The position numbers were made by a program, and so were the translations under genes. Under the pieces are notes generated by a model. The model made no database searches, was not told the DNA's origin, and was given only the letters and a program-made list of their open reading frames with translations. A stretch of 48,512 nt of DNA from Candidatus Shapirobacteria bacterium CG03_land_8_20_14_0_80_40_19. GTDB taxonomy: Bacteria; Patescibacteriota; Microgenomatia; UM-FILTER-40-11. Below are positions 1 through 9,188 of this stretch, piece after piece (the first letter of the stretch is position 1; each line of letters begins with the position of its first letter). The stretch covers positions 1-48,512 of the forward strand of contig PEVD01000028.1 in the NCBI GenBank assembly GCA_002780305.1, given 5' to 3'.

Positions 1-1
1 A

Positions 2-439
2 AGAATAGTTGTTATTAAGAACGGTAAAGTCTTGGTTCAATATCGGCAAAAACAAGATTACTATCATTATATTGGTGGCCATTTGGAATATGGTGAAACG
101 ATTATGGAAGGCTGTATCCGGGAAGTGGCCGAAGAGTGCAGTGGAGCCAAATTCGAATTTAAAAAAATTCTCTATATCCGGGATTTTATCCTTCCGGAAG
201 AAAATGAACATAGTGTGGAACTATTTATTTTAGGTGATATTGAAAAATTTGAAGAACTGGAACATCTTTTTGATCCCCAACATCCCGACGGTTCCGTTTG
301 GTGTACTTGGTTGGATATGAACAATCTGCCAGATAATCTTTACCCTCACGCGCTTTCACAAAAACTTCTGACTGATTTTAAAAACGGTTTCCCCAAAGAA
401 GGAGAATATGTCGGAAGGATGGACAAAAAAACAAATTAA
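2..439 (+). CDS. NUDIX hydrolase, 5'-partial (frame open from the window edge)
   Basis: Nudix box GGHLEYGETIMEGCIREVAEE. The frame reads RIVVIKNGKVLVQY from position 2 with no stop. Confidence 0.85.
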   Translation, partial: RIVVIKNGKVLVQYRQKQDYYHYIGGHLEYGETIMEGCIREVAEECSGAKFEFKKILYIRDFILPEENEHSVELFILGDIEKFEELEHLFDPQHPDGSVWCTWLDMNNLPDNLYPHALSQKLLTDFKNGFPKEGEYVGRMDKKTN

Positions 440-472
440 GGTAATTTTGTTTGATATGGTTGGGGTTTTAAT

Positions 473-2746
473 TTAAGACAATCCGGTAATCCGGTCAACG
501 ACCAACTGCCTGAATTCCGGAGAAAGACTGGCAAAATAGGCGCTGAAACCGGTTACCCTTACGATTAAGCCAGGGTATTTCCAAGGGTCCTTATTGGCTT
601 CCAGTATTTGTTCTTTATTTAAGACATTTAAATTGATTTGCGTCCCGCCGTCTTTAAAGTGAGTTCTAATTAAATTTTCAAGAATTATGACTAATTCATC
701 GCTGGGCATCAACCCCGGATCAACTTCCAATTGTAAAGGAGCGGTATTGCCCCAACCAAGCTGCTTGTTTACATTGGCAACGGCGTTGCTTAAGGCCGTT
801 AACGCTTCGTCGCGCCTGAATCCCGGATCCGGATTGGATCCGTGTGAGATTTTCTCTCCTGCCTTGCGGCCATTGGGAGTTGCCCCCAGGACTTTCCCCA
901 TCGGAATCGTATTGGCCCAACTAAAAACGCCCGGAAGCATATTGTAACCATGAGGGGTCTTTTTTTCTCTTATCAGTTCAGAGAATGTTTTGGCTACTTT
1001 TTCCGCCCAATTATCGGCATCCGTTCCACCGGTGCCGTAACGGGGAATACGATTCATCATCAGTCTGATTCTTTCTCCTTCGGGTCCTGCCCAATCATTT
1101 TTTAGGTACTCGGCAATTTGGTCCCAGGTAAGCTTTTTTTCTTTCTCTACTCTTTGGCTTAAGGCGGCAAAGGAATCGGCGACCGTCGCCAGAGCCGCCC
1201 CGTCAACTCCTAGGTTAATAAATTCAACTCCGCCTCCGGAAGCATCGATTCCTTTTTCAATCGGTCCGTCGCAAAGCAGGTCCAAAACCAGTTCCGGAAA
1301 GACCTTTTGCATATTTTCAATCTGGAAATCAATGCTTTGGGCGGTCGCGTCAACAGCAATCCGCAAATGGTCTTGAAAATAAGTCCACAATCTTTCCGTA
1401 CTCGGGGAAGCTTCTTTCTCCATCATGTCTTTAAAGGCGACCTCAAAAACTTTGCCGAAATTTATTTTTACACAGTCGTTTAGGGTATATTCTTTTCCCG
1501 GAATGGCGGACCAATGACAGCCGGAGTAAACTCTTTGCCGGCAGACTTCCAAAGGATAACCGTTCCTGGCAAATTCCCTTATCGTATTGTCGATGGCCAA
1601 GAATTTAGGCATAGCGGTTTTGTCCTCAACCATAATTTCAAGTCCTCTTTGAAGCAGTTTCGGATCAACGCTTTCCCCGACGCAAACTCCGATATTGGCC
1701 GGAATTTTCAGCCGGTGAGCCGCTTCCAAAACCATAAAAGAAACCTCATTGGTCGTGTCTTCGCCTTTTTCGTTTGGTCCGCCAAGCTGGATATAACCGG
1801 TGTCTTTTATCAAAAAACAGGTGATATGGAAAATGGCCTCTTCTTTATCAATTCTTCCTTCTATAAAATCCTTTTCATAAAAAGGCGTCAGTAGAGCGTC
1901 CAGTCTGCCCAGAGAACCGCTGCCGTTGTACATCCTGGCCGCCATTTGATACCAGGTCATCCATTGGCAGGCTTCGCGGAAAGTTTCCGGCGGTTGGTTG
2001 ACAAGTTTTTCATTCATCGTTGCCATTTGAAGTAAGTTTTCTCTGATTGCCGGATCGGTTTCTTTTTCCGCCATCGCTCTTGCCTCTGCTACATTGTGAG
2101 TGATCCAGGCCTGGATGCCAACCGCCACGTTTTCCAGGGCGGTTAAAAATTCAATTTTGTCGGGATTGGCTTCTTTTGAGATTCTGATTTTATGCAGAAT
2201 TCCCTGCCAGCCGATATCAAGACCGATGGCCAGGTCTTGGCAAAAATGCTGGGTGGCGCCGATGGCGCCGACCAGCTCATATTTTCTTCTGACATCAAGC
2301 AGGTCTTGGGGAATTTTGATATCGGGATTCCAGCCCGGTTCACGGTAAGAATTGAAATTGACCATATAACCGCCGAGAAGTGAACTTTGGGGATCAACAT
2401 AAGGAGGATGGTTTTCCAGTAAACGGCGGAAATTTTTTCCGACCATTTCCGCTCCGAAAAATCCGCCGGAGGAATGATTGCTTTCTATGCCCAAGTGTTC
2501 ATCATTCTTTATTCTTATGTCTGAAATTTCCACTCCGGAACCGCTTACCGCCTTAACTACTTCTCTTCTTTCCTCCGGAGGAGGGATAATGGCGAGATCA
2601 TCAGAATCCAAAAAACCCGATAATTCCCGTTTTTCCCGGTTATGTCTTAATTTTGTCTCAACCAGTCCTTGGAGCCTCTTCGCGTAGCTAAATTCTTCCG
2701 TTATCGGAGCTTCAGGGCCGGAGACCGTCAGTGTTTCCTTGGTCAT
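473..2746 (-). CDS. Glycyl radical enzyme (PFL-like superfamily), substrate unknown
   Basis: C-terminal glycyl loop LIVRVTGFSAYF, GATPNGRKAG motif, PPETFREACQ motif, catalytic Cys loop SGCHW. ATG at 2746 preferred over TTG at 2776. Confidence 0.9.
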   Translation of the reverse strand: MTKETLTVSGPEAPITEEFSYAKRLQGLVETKLRHNREKRELSGFLDSDDLAIIPPPEERREVVKAVSGSGVEISDIRIKNDEHLGIESNHSSGGFFGAEMVGKNFRRLLENHPPYVDPQSSLLGGYMVNFNSYREPGWNPDIKIPQDLLDVRRKYELVGAIGATQHFCQDLAIGLDIGWQGILHKIRISKEANPDKIEFLTALENVAVGIQAWITHNVAEARAMAEKETDPAIRENLLQMATMNEKLVNQPPETFREACQWMTWYQMAARMYNGSGSLGRLDALLTPFYEKDFIEGRIDKEEAIFHITCFLIKDTGYIQLGGPNEKGEDTTNEVSFMVLEAAHRLKIPANIGVCVGESVDPKLLQRGLEIMVEDKTAMPKFLAIDNTIREFARNGYPLEVCRQRVYSGCHWSAIPGKEYTLNDCVKINFGKVFEVAFKDMMEKEASPSTERLWTYFQDHLRIAVDATAQSIDFQIENMQKVFPELVLDLLCDGPIEKGIDASGGGVEFINLGVDGAALATVADSFAALSQRVEKEKKLTWDQIAEYLKNDWAGPEGERIRLMMNRIPRYGTGGTDADNWAEKVAKTFSELIREKKTPHGYNMLPGVFSWANTIPMGKVLGATPNGRKAGEKISHGSNPDPGFRRDEALTALSNAVANVNKQLGWGNTAPLQLEVDPGLMPSDELVIILENLIRTHFKDGGTQINLNVLNKEQILEANKDPWKYPGLIVRVTGFSAYFASLSPEFRQLVVDRITGLS

Positions 2747-3125
2747 CAAAGAAAGTTTAACACCTTTTTTAACCAAAAATCAAACGGTTAACCGGAAGCC
2801 AAAAAATTTGGAGGAAGGACTGAAGATGGCGATGGCGTATTCCGGGTCCGGCAGTATCTGTTATGCCGGTGTTTGCTTAATTCACCCAAGATTCGGCGAA
2901 GTGGTTGAAGTCTCAGAAACAAAAACTAAAATGCAGTCGTTTTTCGAGGAAGAATTGAAGAAATTGGTTGACGATAAATTTTTACTGCGGTCGGGGGCAT
3001 TGGGGATTTCCGAAGAAACCGCCGGTTTTACTTTAGTGGAATCCCTGTCCGGCTCTTATACCGGTCCTTTCGGTTTGCCGATGGAGATTGTCAGAAAATA
3101 TCTGAAAGAGTGGGAATTGGTTTAA
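2739..3125 (+). pseudogene. Maf-family nucleoside-triphosphate pyrophosphatase, N-terminally truncated
   Basis: The C-terminal part matches the Maf pattern (RKPKNLEEG..MAMAYSG, GALGI, VESLSGSYTGPFGLPM). The N-terminal LAS.SPRR segment is absent and there is an in-frame TAG at 2685-2687. Confidence 0.65.
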
Positions 3126-3166
3126 TTTTTTTTGGAAAAAAGACCTTTGGTAAATTGGCTTTTTAC

Positions 3167-3817
3167 TTAAGAAAGGGCATTTTTTAAGATTGAAAAAGCG
3201 CGGGAAATTTCTTGGCTTTCTAAAATAATTGTAAATTCCGAAAAAGTTGAAACCACTTCAACGACATTGATTCCCTCCCAGGCCAGAAATTTTAGAATCG
3301 TGTAGTAGACTCCGGGGGTCAAGACATTTTTTTCCGGCAAACGGATCGTAATTGAAGAGAGGTGGTCAGGCTGGTAAATAATTTTTTCTCTTTCTAAAAT
3401 CGCTTTAACTTTATCTTTTAACTCACGGCTGACAATTATTGTGGTTTCGAAAATTCCCTGCGTTATCGTTAAAAAGTTTCTATTTTGGTTTTCGACCGCC
3501 TCAATAATTTTTTTGTGTTTTTCCGGAGAAAAGCTTGAATTTAAAATCGTAAATTCCAACAGATTTGATCTTAAGATTAAATCATGGTTTTTTTCCAAAA
3601 CACTGTCAACTTGAAATTTGGAGGCTAATGTCTTTGGCCGTCTTTTTAGAGCCATAAGAACTGCTCCCTCCCGAACCTCTTTAAAGGTTTCTTTTCTTAC
3701 CTCCGGTAATATCTGTCTAGCTAAAGCAGAAAGATTAATAATTCCGCTGTTGATGGCCTCCTCTAAAAAAGATTTTTTTTTAATGATTTGGTCTACTGCA
3801 TTAGATACGGTTATCAT
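3167..3817 (-). CDS. ACT-domain protein with helical N-terminus (putative amino-acid-sensing regulator, no kinase domain)
   Basis: C-terminal ACT repeat (TPGVYYTILKFLAWEGINVVEVVSTFSEFTIIL) and N-terminal GIINLSALAR helix motif. Divergent from lysW. Confidence 0.7.
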   Translation of the reverse strand: MITVSNAVDQIIKKKSFLEEAINSGIINLSALARQILPEVRKETFKEVREGAVLMALKRRPKTLASKFQVDSVLEKNHDLILRSNLLEFTILNSSFSPEKHKKIIEAVENQNRNFLTITQGIFETTIIVSRELKDKVKAILEREKIIYQPDHLSSITIRLPEKNVLTPGVYYTILKFLAWEGINVVEVVSTFSEFTIILESQEISRAFSILKNALS

Positions 3818-3818
3818 T

Positions 3819-3896
3819 TGTTAAAAAATTAACATTTTTTATTAAATTTGTCAATTGTTATTAAAAATTTGACATAGCCTGACAGATGCTTATTAT
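3819..3896. promoter_or_regulatory. Divergent sigma70-type promoters and candidate operator
   Basis: + strand: TTGACA 3869-3874, N16, TATTAT 3891-3896. - strand: TTGACA 3854-3849, N17, TAATTT with upstream TG. Inverted repeat TGTTAA-N4-TTAACA at 3819-3834. Confidence 0.6.
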
Positions 3897-3927
3897 TAAA
3901 AAAGTTATTATTTATTTATTTAAATCT

Positions 3928-4110
3928 ATGTCAAAACTATTCTCTATTTGTCCGGTCTGTGATGCCCAGGTTGTTCTTGCCGAAGGAGTGGAAGAATCGG
4001 AAATTATCAGTTGTTCCGATTGCCGCTGCCGGCTGGTGGTGGAAAAAATAGAAAAAAATACGGCCGCTTTAACTAAAGCGCCCGAAGTTGAAGAGGATTG
4101 GGGGGAATAA
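3928..4110 (+). CDS. lysW: Amino-group carrier protein LysW
   Basis: 60 aa, two CxxC motifs (CPVC, CSDC) and the diagnostic C-terminal EDWGE. ATG at 3928. Confidence 0.95.
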   Translation: MSKLFSICPVCDAQVVLAEGVEESEIISCSDCRCRLVVEKIEKNTAALTKAPEVEEDWGE

Positions 4111-4115
4111 ACCTT

Positions 4116-4967
4116 ATGCCGACAATCGGACTATTTCATTCGACGGTTAGAGCCGAGGAAAAGCTGATTATCAGAGCCGCCCGGGAGAAAAAAGCGGGCA
4201 TAAAACTGATTGATATCAGAAATGAAGTTTTTAATCCGCTGCATTACCGCCCCGATTTTGACATTGCCCTGGAAAGGTCGGTTTCTACGGTTAAAGGGGG
4301 GTATGCAACAGAATTTTTGGAAGCGCTTGGGGCGGTGGTGATTAATCCGTCCGGGGTGGCGAGAATATGCGAGGATAAATTTTTGACTTCGTTGGCTCTT
4401 CAAAAAACCGGTGTTCCCACTCTAAAATTTGCCATGGCTTTTTCCTTGGAGCAGGCAATGGCGGCGGTTGCTGATTTAGGCGGATTTCCGGTAGTGGTTA
4501 AACCGCCTCTTGGTTCTTGGGGCAGAATGCTGGCAAAAGTTAACGATAGAGATTCTCTTGAGGCCATCATCGAACACAAAGACGTACTGGGCTCACCTCA
4601 ACAAAAGGCTTATTATTTGCAGGAATATATTCAAAAACCCGGCCGGGATATTAGGTCGTTTGTGGTCGGCGGTGAAACAATTTGTGCTATTTATCGTACT
4701 TCTTCTCATTGGATAACTAATACCGCGTTGGGTGGAAAAGCGACTAATTGTCCGGTAACTAAAGAGCTTTCGCAACTTTCCCTGCAGGCGGCCAAAGCAG
4801 TTAGGGGTGGAATTTTGGCGATAGACATTATTGAGACATCCGAAGGATTAAAAGTGAACGAAATAAACCATACCATGGAGTTTAAAAATTCTGAGGAGCC
4901 GACAGGCGTTAGTATTTCCGGAGCGATTGTCGATTACTGTTTGCAAAAAATTAATAGCAATGATTAA
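4116..4967 (+). CDS. lysX: ATP-grasp alpha-aminoadipate--LysW ligase
   Basis: RimK-like motifs VVKP..GSWGR, LQEYI.KPGRDIR, WITNTALGG and NEINHTMEFKN. Adjacent to lysW. Confidence 0.92.
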   Translation: MPTIGLFHSTVRAEEKLIIRAAREKKAGIKLIDIRNEVFNPLHYRPDFDIALERSVSTVKGGYATEFLEALGAVVINPSGVARICEDKFLTSLALQKTGVPTLKFAMAFSLEQAMAAVADLGGFPVVVKPPLGSWGRMLAKVNDRDSLEAIIEHKDVLGSPQQKAYYLQEYIQKPGRDIRSFVVGGETICAIYRTSSHWITNTALGGKATNCPVTKELSQLSLQAAKAVRGGILAIDIIETSEGLKVNEINHTMEFKNSEEPTGVSISGAIVDYCLQKINSND

Positions 4968-6003
4968 TGTTTCTATTATCGGCGGTTCAGGTTATGCAGG
5001 TGGAGAGCTTTTAAGACTGCTTGCTTTTCACCCGAAAGTAAAGGTTAAACAGGCAACCAGCATGCGCTTTGCCGGCCAACCGGTCAGTCTTGTTCACCCC
5101 AACTTAAGGGGCGTTTGTGATTTGGTTTTTTGCGGGTTGGAAGAGCTAAAGCCATGTGATCTGCTTTTTGTGGCTTTGCCCAACGGTGAATCAATGGATT
5201 TAATGGCGAATTTTATGAAATTATCGCCAAAAATTATTGATTTAGGCGCTGATTTTAGATTACAGGACGAAAAAATCTGGGAAAATTATTATCATACCCC
5301 TCATACAAAATCCGCGTTGCTAAAAAAATTCGTTTACGGTGTTCCCGAAATTTATGCCGAGCAAATAAAAAAGGCTGATTATGTGGCCGGACCGGGTTGT
5401 GAAGCAATAGTCTCAATTTTATGTCTTTACCCCCTTATTAAAAACAATTTGATAAAAGAAGAGCCGATTATTGTTGATGCCAAGATGGGGAGTTCTCAGT
5501 CGGGAAATAAACCCAGCTCGTCTTCTCATCATCCGGAAAGAGCCGGTGCCGTTAGATCATATCAACCTGTCGGTCATCGGCATGCGGCCGAGATAGAACA
5601 AGTTCTTAATCAATTTGGCCAAAAGGTGACCGTTAATATTTCGGCAACAGCGATCGAAATGGTCAGGGGGATTTTGGTTACCATTCACACTTTTTTAAAA
5701 AAAGAGGTTGAGGAGAAAGAAATTTGGAAAATTTTACGAACCGAATATGGTGAAAAACCTTTTGTGCGGATTGTTAAAAAAAAACAGGGGCTTTACCGTT
5801 TTCCCGAACCAAAAATTTTACAAGGCACAAATTATTGCGACATCGGTTTTGAAAAAGAATCGAAAGGCAGTCGCCTGGTTGTTTTAGGGGCGATTGACAA
5901 TTTAGTTAAAGGCACCGCCGGTAATGCGGTTCAATGTCTGAATTTAATGTTTGGTTTTGAAGAAAGTTTAGCCTTAGAGTTTCCGGGCTTGCACCCGATA
6001 TAA
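4960..6003 (+). CDS. lysY: [LysW]-aminoadipate-6-phosphate reductase (ArgC family)
   Basis: GGSGYAGGELLRLL, PGC catalytic Cys, SSHHPER, AIDNLVKGTAGNA and C-terminal FPGLHP. Confidence 0.92.
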   Translation: MINVSIIGGSGYAGGELLRLLAFHPKVKVKQATSMRFAGQPVSLVHPNLRGVCDLVFCGLEELKPCDLLFVALPNGESMDLMANFMKLSPKIIDLGADFRLQDEKIWENYYHTPHTKSALLKKFVYGVPEIYAEQIKKADYVAGPGCEAIVSILCLYPLIKNNLIKEEPIIVDAKMGSSQSGNKPSSSSHHPERAGAVRSYQPVGHRHAAEIEQVLNQFGQKVTVNISATAIEMVRGILVTIHTFLKKEVEEKEIWKILRTEYGEKPFVRIVKKKQGLYRFPEPKILQGTNYCDIGFEKESKGSRLVVLGAIDNLVKGTAGNAVQCLNLMFGFEESLALEFPGLHPI

Positions 6004-6004
6004 A

Positions 6005-7228
6005 ATGAGAATAAATTTTAAAGGTTTTATTGACACGACCTTAAGAGACGGTCAATCGTCACCCTTACTTTATGATACTTATAAATACCGGTTTTCTTTG
6101 GCAGAAAAGAAACAGATTGTTAATGCGCTGCTTAAGCTGGGCGTGCGTTTCTTTGAATTTTATTCGCCGGTGGTAAGCGAAGAAGAAAGGAAAAGTTTTC
6201 TGATCCTGAAAAAATACATTAAATCTTTAACCCCGGAAAAAACTTATCTCCTTGCTCACTGCCGTTGTCATCCGCTGGACATTCAGACTGCCCTAGGACT
6301 TGGCTTTGACGGTTTGAATTTATATATGGGACTTTCCGAGGAAGCGCAGGAAAACTATGGAAAAAGTTTACGGCAATTGTCGGATTTAATTGGAGAAATC
6401 GTCATATCGACCAGACAGAAAAATCCTTTGCTTTGGTTAAGATATAGCGGGGAAGACGCTTTCCGCACCTCCTTAAAAAATCTCTTTTTAGTCTATGATC
6501 GGATTGCGCAGTATGTTGATGCTTTTGGTTTTCCCGATACGACCGGAACAGCCACGCCGGAAAAAGTGGGGCAAAGAGTAAGAGCTTTTAAAAAACGGTA
6601 TCCAAAAGTTAATCTGGAATGCCATTTTCATAATGACCGAGGGTTATCTTTAATAAATACAATGGCCGCGGTTAAAAATGGGGCAGAATTTATTGACAGT
6701 TCTATTTGGGGCATGGCAGAACGGTCTGGAATTACTTCAGTCACTGGTGCTTTGCTTAATTTTTACGAGATAGATAAGAGTTTGGTGAAGAATTTTAATC
6801 TGCAATTTGCTTATCCCCTGAATGTTTTAATGGCTTCAATTTTGGGCTGGCAGGTGCCATGGACCGAACCGGTTTCTTTAACTAATCGGACCCACATTGC
6901 CGGTGTTCACCAGAAAGCGGTTTTGGGGCATAAAGGTTATGAAGCTCACCAGCTGGAAAAATTTGGTATTACTAGCCAGCAGCTGCTTTTAGGCCCTTTA
7001 AGCGGCTGGAACTTTATCTATTATTTCTTGAAAGAAATGGAAAATTATATTATTACTCCGGAGGAAGCGAAAATAATAACGGCTGATTTTAAAAAACAAA
7101 CCAAAAAATTAGGAAAGAAAATTAAACCGGAAGAGATTTTAAACCAGTTGGCAAAATCTCATTCCTTAACAAGAACTTCCATTCCAAAAAAATTTGCTGA
7201 CAAAAGAAAGGAGAATTTAGGGATATGA
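6005..7228 (+). CDS. Homocitrate synthase (fungal/Thermus-type DRE-TIM)
   Basis: DTTLRDG, HCRCH, RYSGEDAFR, ECHFHNDRG, ERSGIT, HIAGVHQKA and SGWN parallel the lysine-pathway HCS motifs. Operon context agrees. Confidence 0.82.
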   Translation: MRINFKGFIDTTLRDGQSSPLLYDTYKYRFSLAEKKQIVNALLKLGVRFFEFYSPVVSEEERKSFLILKKYIKSLTPEKTYLLAHCRCHPLDIQTALGLGFDGLNLYMGLSEEAQENYGKSLRQLSDLIGEIVISTRQKNPLLWLRYSGEDAFRTSLKNLFLVYDRIAQYVDAFGFPDTTGTATPEKVGQRVRAFKKRYPKVNLECHFHNDRGLSLINTMAAVKNGAEFIDSSIWGMAERSGITSVTGALLNFYEIDKSLVKNFNLQFAYPLNVLMASILGWQVPWTEPVSLTNRTHIAGVHQKAVLGHKGYEAHQLEKFGITSQQLLLGPLSGWNFIYYFLKEMENYIITPEEAKIITADFKKQTKKLGKKIKPEEILNQLAKSHSLTRTSIPKKFADKRKENLGI

Positions 7229-8025
7229 TTATTGTCAAAGCCGGCGGCGGCAGTAATATTAATTGGGATTTTATTGCCGAAGATTTAGCCAATCTGGTAA
7301 AAAAACGAAAATTCGTGGTTGTCCATGGAGCTAGCCGGCGGCGAGATGAAATTGCCGAAAAACTAAGTTGCCCGACAAAAACAATTATTTCTCCTTCCGG
7401 CGTCAGCAGTGTTTATACGGACAATGAAGCTCTGGCTATTTTTTTGATGGTTTATAGCGGGCTGGTTAATAAACAGATCGTGGCAAAAATGCGGTCGTTT
7501 GGTCTTGATGCGGTCGGTTTATCCGGGGTGGATGGAGGACTTTGGAAGGCAAAGGCCAAAAAGGAAATTTTTGTTAAAGACGGGGATAAAACCAAGCTGA
7601 TAAAAAATAACTTAACTGGCAGGGTGGAGGAAATTAATACCAAATTAATAAATCTTCTTTTGGGAAGTGGTTACTTACCGGTTATTTGCCCGCCGGCAAT
7701 CAGTTTTGAGAATGAAATTGTCAATACCGACAATGATTGGGCGGCGGCGGTGATGGCCGGTCAGCTGGAGGTAAAAGAGATTGTCGTTCTTTTTGAAGCG
7801 CCGGGTTTGTTAAGAGATCCGAAAGATGAAAAAACCAAAATTAGCCGGATAGAAAAAGAAAAACTGGCAGATTTTTTGGTTTATGCGCAAGGCCGGATGA
7901 AGAAAAAGATATTAGGAGCGAAAAAAGCCTTTGAATTAGGGGTGGAAAAAATTTATTGGGGTGACGGCCGGATTAAAAATCCGATCATTAATGCTCTTGC
8001 CGGAAAAGGGACAGTTATCGAATAA
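7225..8025 (+). CDS. lysZ: [LysW]-aminoadipate kinase (ArgB family)
   Basis: MIIVKAGG, VVVHGAS, SPSGVSSVYTD, GLSGVDG and GRMKKK. Confidence 0.9.
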   Translation: MIIVKAGGGSNINWDFIAEDLANLVKKRKFVVVHGASRRRDEIAEKLSCPTKTIISPSGVSSVYTDNEALAIFLMVYSGLVNKQIVAKMRSFGLDAVGLSGVDGGLWKAKAKKEIFVKDGDKTKLIKNNLTGRVEEINTKLINLLLGSGYLPVICPPAISFENEIVNTDNDWAAAVMAGQLEVKEIVVLFEAPGLLRDPKDEKTKISRIEKEKLADFLVYAQGRMKKKILGAKKAFELGVEKIYWGDGRIKNPIINALAGKGTVIE

Positions 8026-8027
8026 AA

Positions 8028-9188
8028 ATGAAAGACTATCAGTATTTACAACAGAAATATTTAGTCAACACTTATCCTAACCGCGGGCTTGTTTTGACAA
8101 GAGGAAAAGGGGTCTATCTTTATGACCAAAACGAAGAAAAATATTTAGATATGATGAGCAATTACGGCGTAAATATTTTTGGTTATAATCATCCGTATTT
8201 GTTGGAAAAACTATCAGATCAGTTAAAAAAACTTATCACCCTTCATTGCAGTTTTAACAATGATACCCGCGCCATGTCAGCTGAAGCCTTGGTAAAAAGA
8301 TGCGCTGGTGGTTTAACTCAGGTGTATTTTTCTAATTCAGGAACGGAAGCGATTGAGGCAGCTTTGAAATTTGCGGTTTTGGCAACAGGTAAAAAGAAGT
8401 TTATTGCTTGTAATAATGCTTATCATGGTAAAACACTGGGAGCTTTGTCCGCAACCTCGGGAGAAAAATATCGGGCGCCTTTTGAGCCGTTGTTTTGGAA
8501 CTTTAAGCACATTGCTTACAACAATCTTTTAGAATTAGAAAAGGCAATTGATGATCAAACGGCGGCATTTATAGTTGAACCGGTTCAAGGTGAAGGGGGA
8601 ATAATTTTACCCGATGATAACTACTTGACTAATGTGAGGAAAATTTGTGATCGAGCAAGAATATTACTCATACTGGATGAGATTCAAACCGGGGTTGGTC
8701 GAACAGGATATTTTCTTGCCTCCGAAAAAGAAAAAATTAGCTACGACATAGTTTGTCTGGGAAAAGGATTGGCAGGCGGGATTCCGATCGGGGCGAGCTT
8801 GGTTTCTCAAAAAGTTGCTTTAAAAATTCCCAAACTGATACACAGTTCGACTCTTGGCGGTAATCCCCTTGCCTGCGGGGGAATATTAGCGATTTTGGAA
8901 TTGCTTGATGAAAAAACGTTAAAAAAAGTTGGCCGGTTAGGAGATTATTTTATTCAACAATTAAAGACAGTTAAGTTGCCATTGGTCAAAGAAATCAGGG
9001 GTAAGGGTTTAATGATTGGTGTCGAGCTGGACGACAAAAGAAATGAAATTTTAAGACAGTTGCAAATTAATAAAATTTTAGCAATACCGGCAGGGGAAAA
9101 TGTCGTCCGTTTTCTCCCTCCCTATACTATAGAGAAAGAAAATATTGATCTGGTGATAAAAAAGTTAAAAGAAATACTAAATGTGTAG
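8028..9188 (+). CDS. lysJ: [LysW]-aminoadipate semialdehyde transaminase (class III PLP)
   Basis: NSGTEAIEAALK, YHGKTLGALS, EPVQGEGG, DEIQTG.GRTG and GKGLAGG. Confidence 0.88.
   Translation: MKDYQYLQQKYLVNTYPNRGLVLTRGKGVYLYDQNEEKYLDMMSNYGVNIFGYNHPYLLEKLSDQLKKLITLHCSFNNDTRAMSAEALVKRCAGGLTQVYFSNSGTEAIEAALKFAVLATGKKKFIACNNAYHGKTLGALSATSGEKYRAPFEPLFWNFKHIAYNNLLELEKAIDDQTAAFIVEPVQGEGGIILPDDNYLTNVRKICDRARILLILDEIQTGVGRTGYFLASEKEKISYDIVCLGKGLAGGIPIGASLVSQKVALKIPKLIHSSTLGGNPLACGGILAILELLDEKTLKKVGRLGDYFIQQLKTVKLPLVKEIRGKGLMIGVELDDKRNEILRQLQINKILAIPAGENVVRFLPPYTIEKENIDLVIKKLKEILNV

Noticed and set aside
3886-3927. Longer LysW N-terminus from the ORF track
   Set aside because: It overlaps the predicted -10 box. 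ATG 3928 gives a typical 60-aa LysW.
4960-9188. Ordinary argC/argB/argD acetyl pathway
   Set aside because: lysW, lysX and homocitrate synthase in the same operon indicate the carrier-protein route. Dual Lys/Arg use is not excluded.
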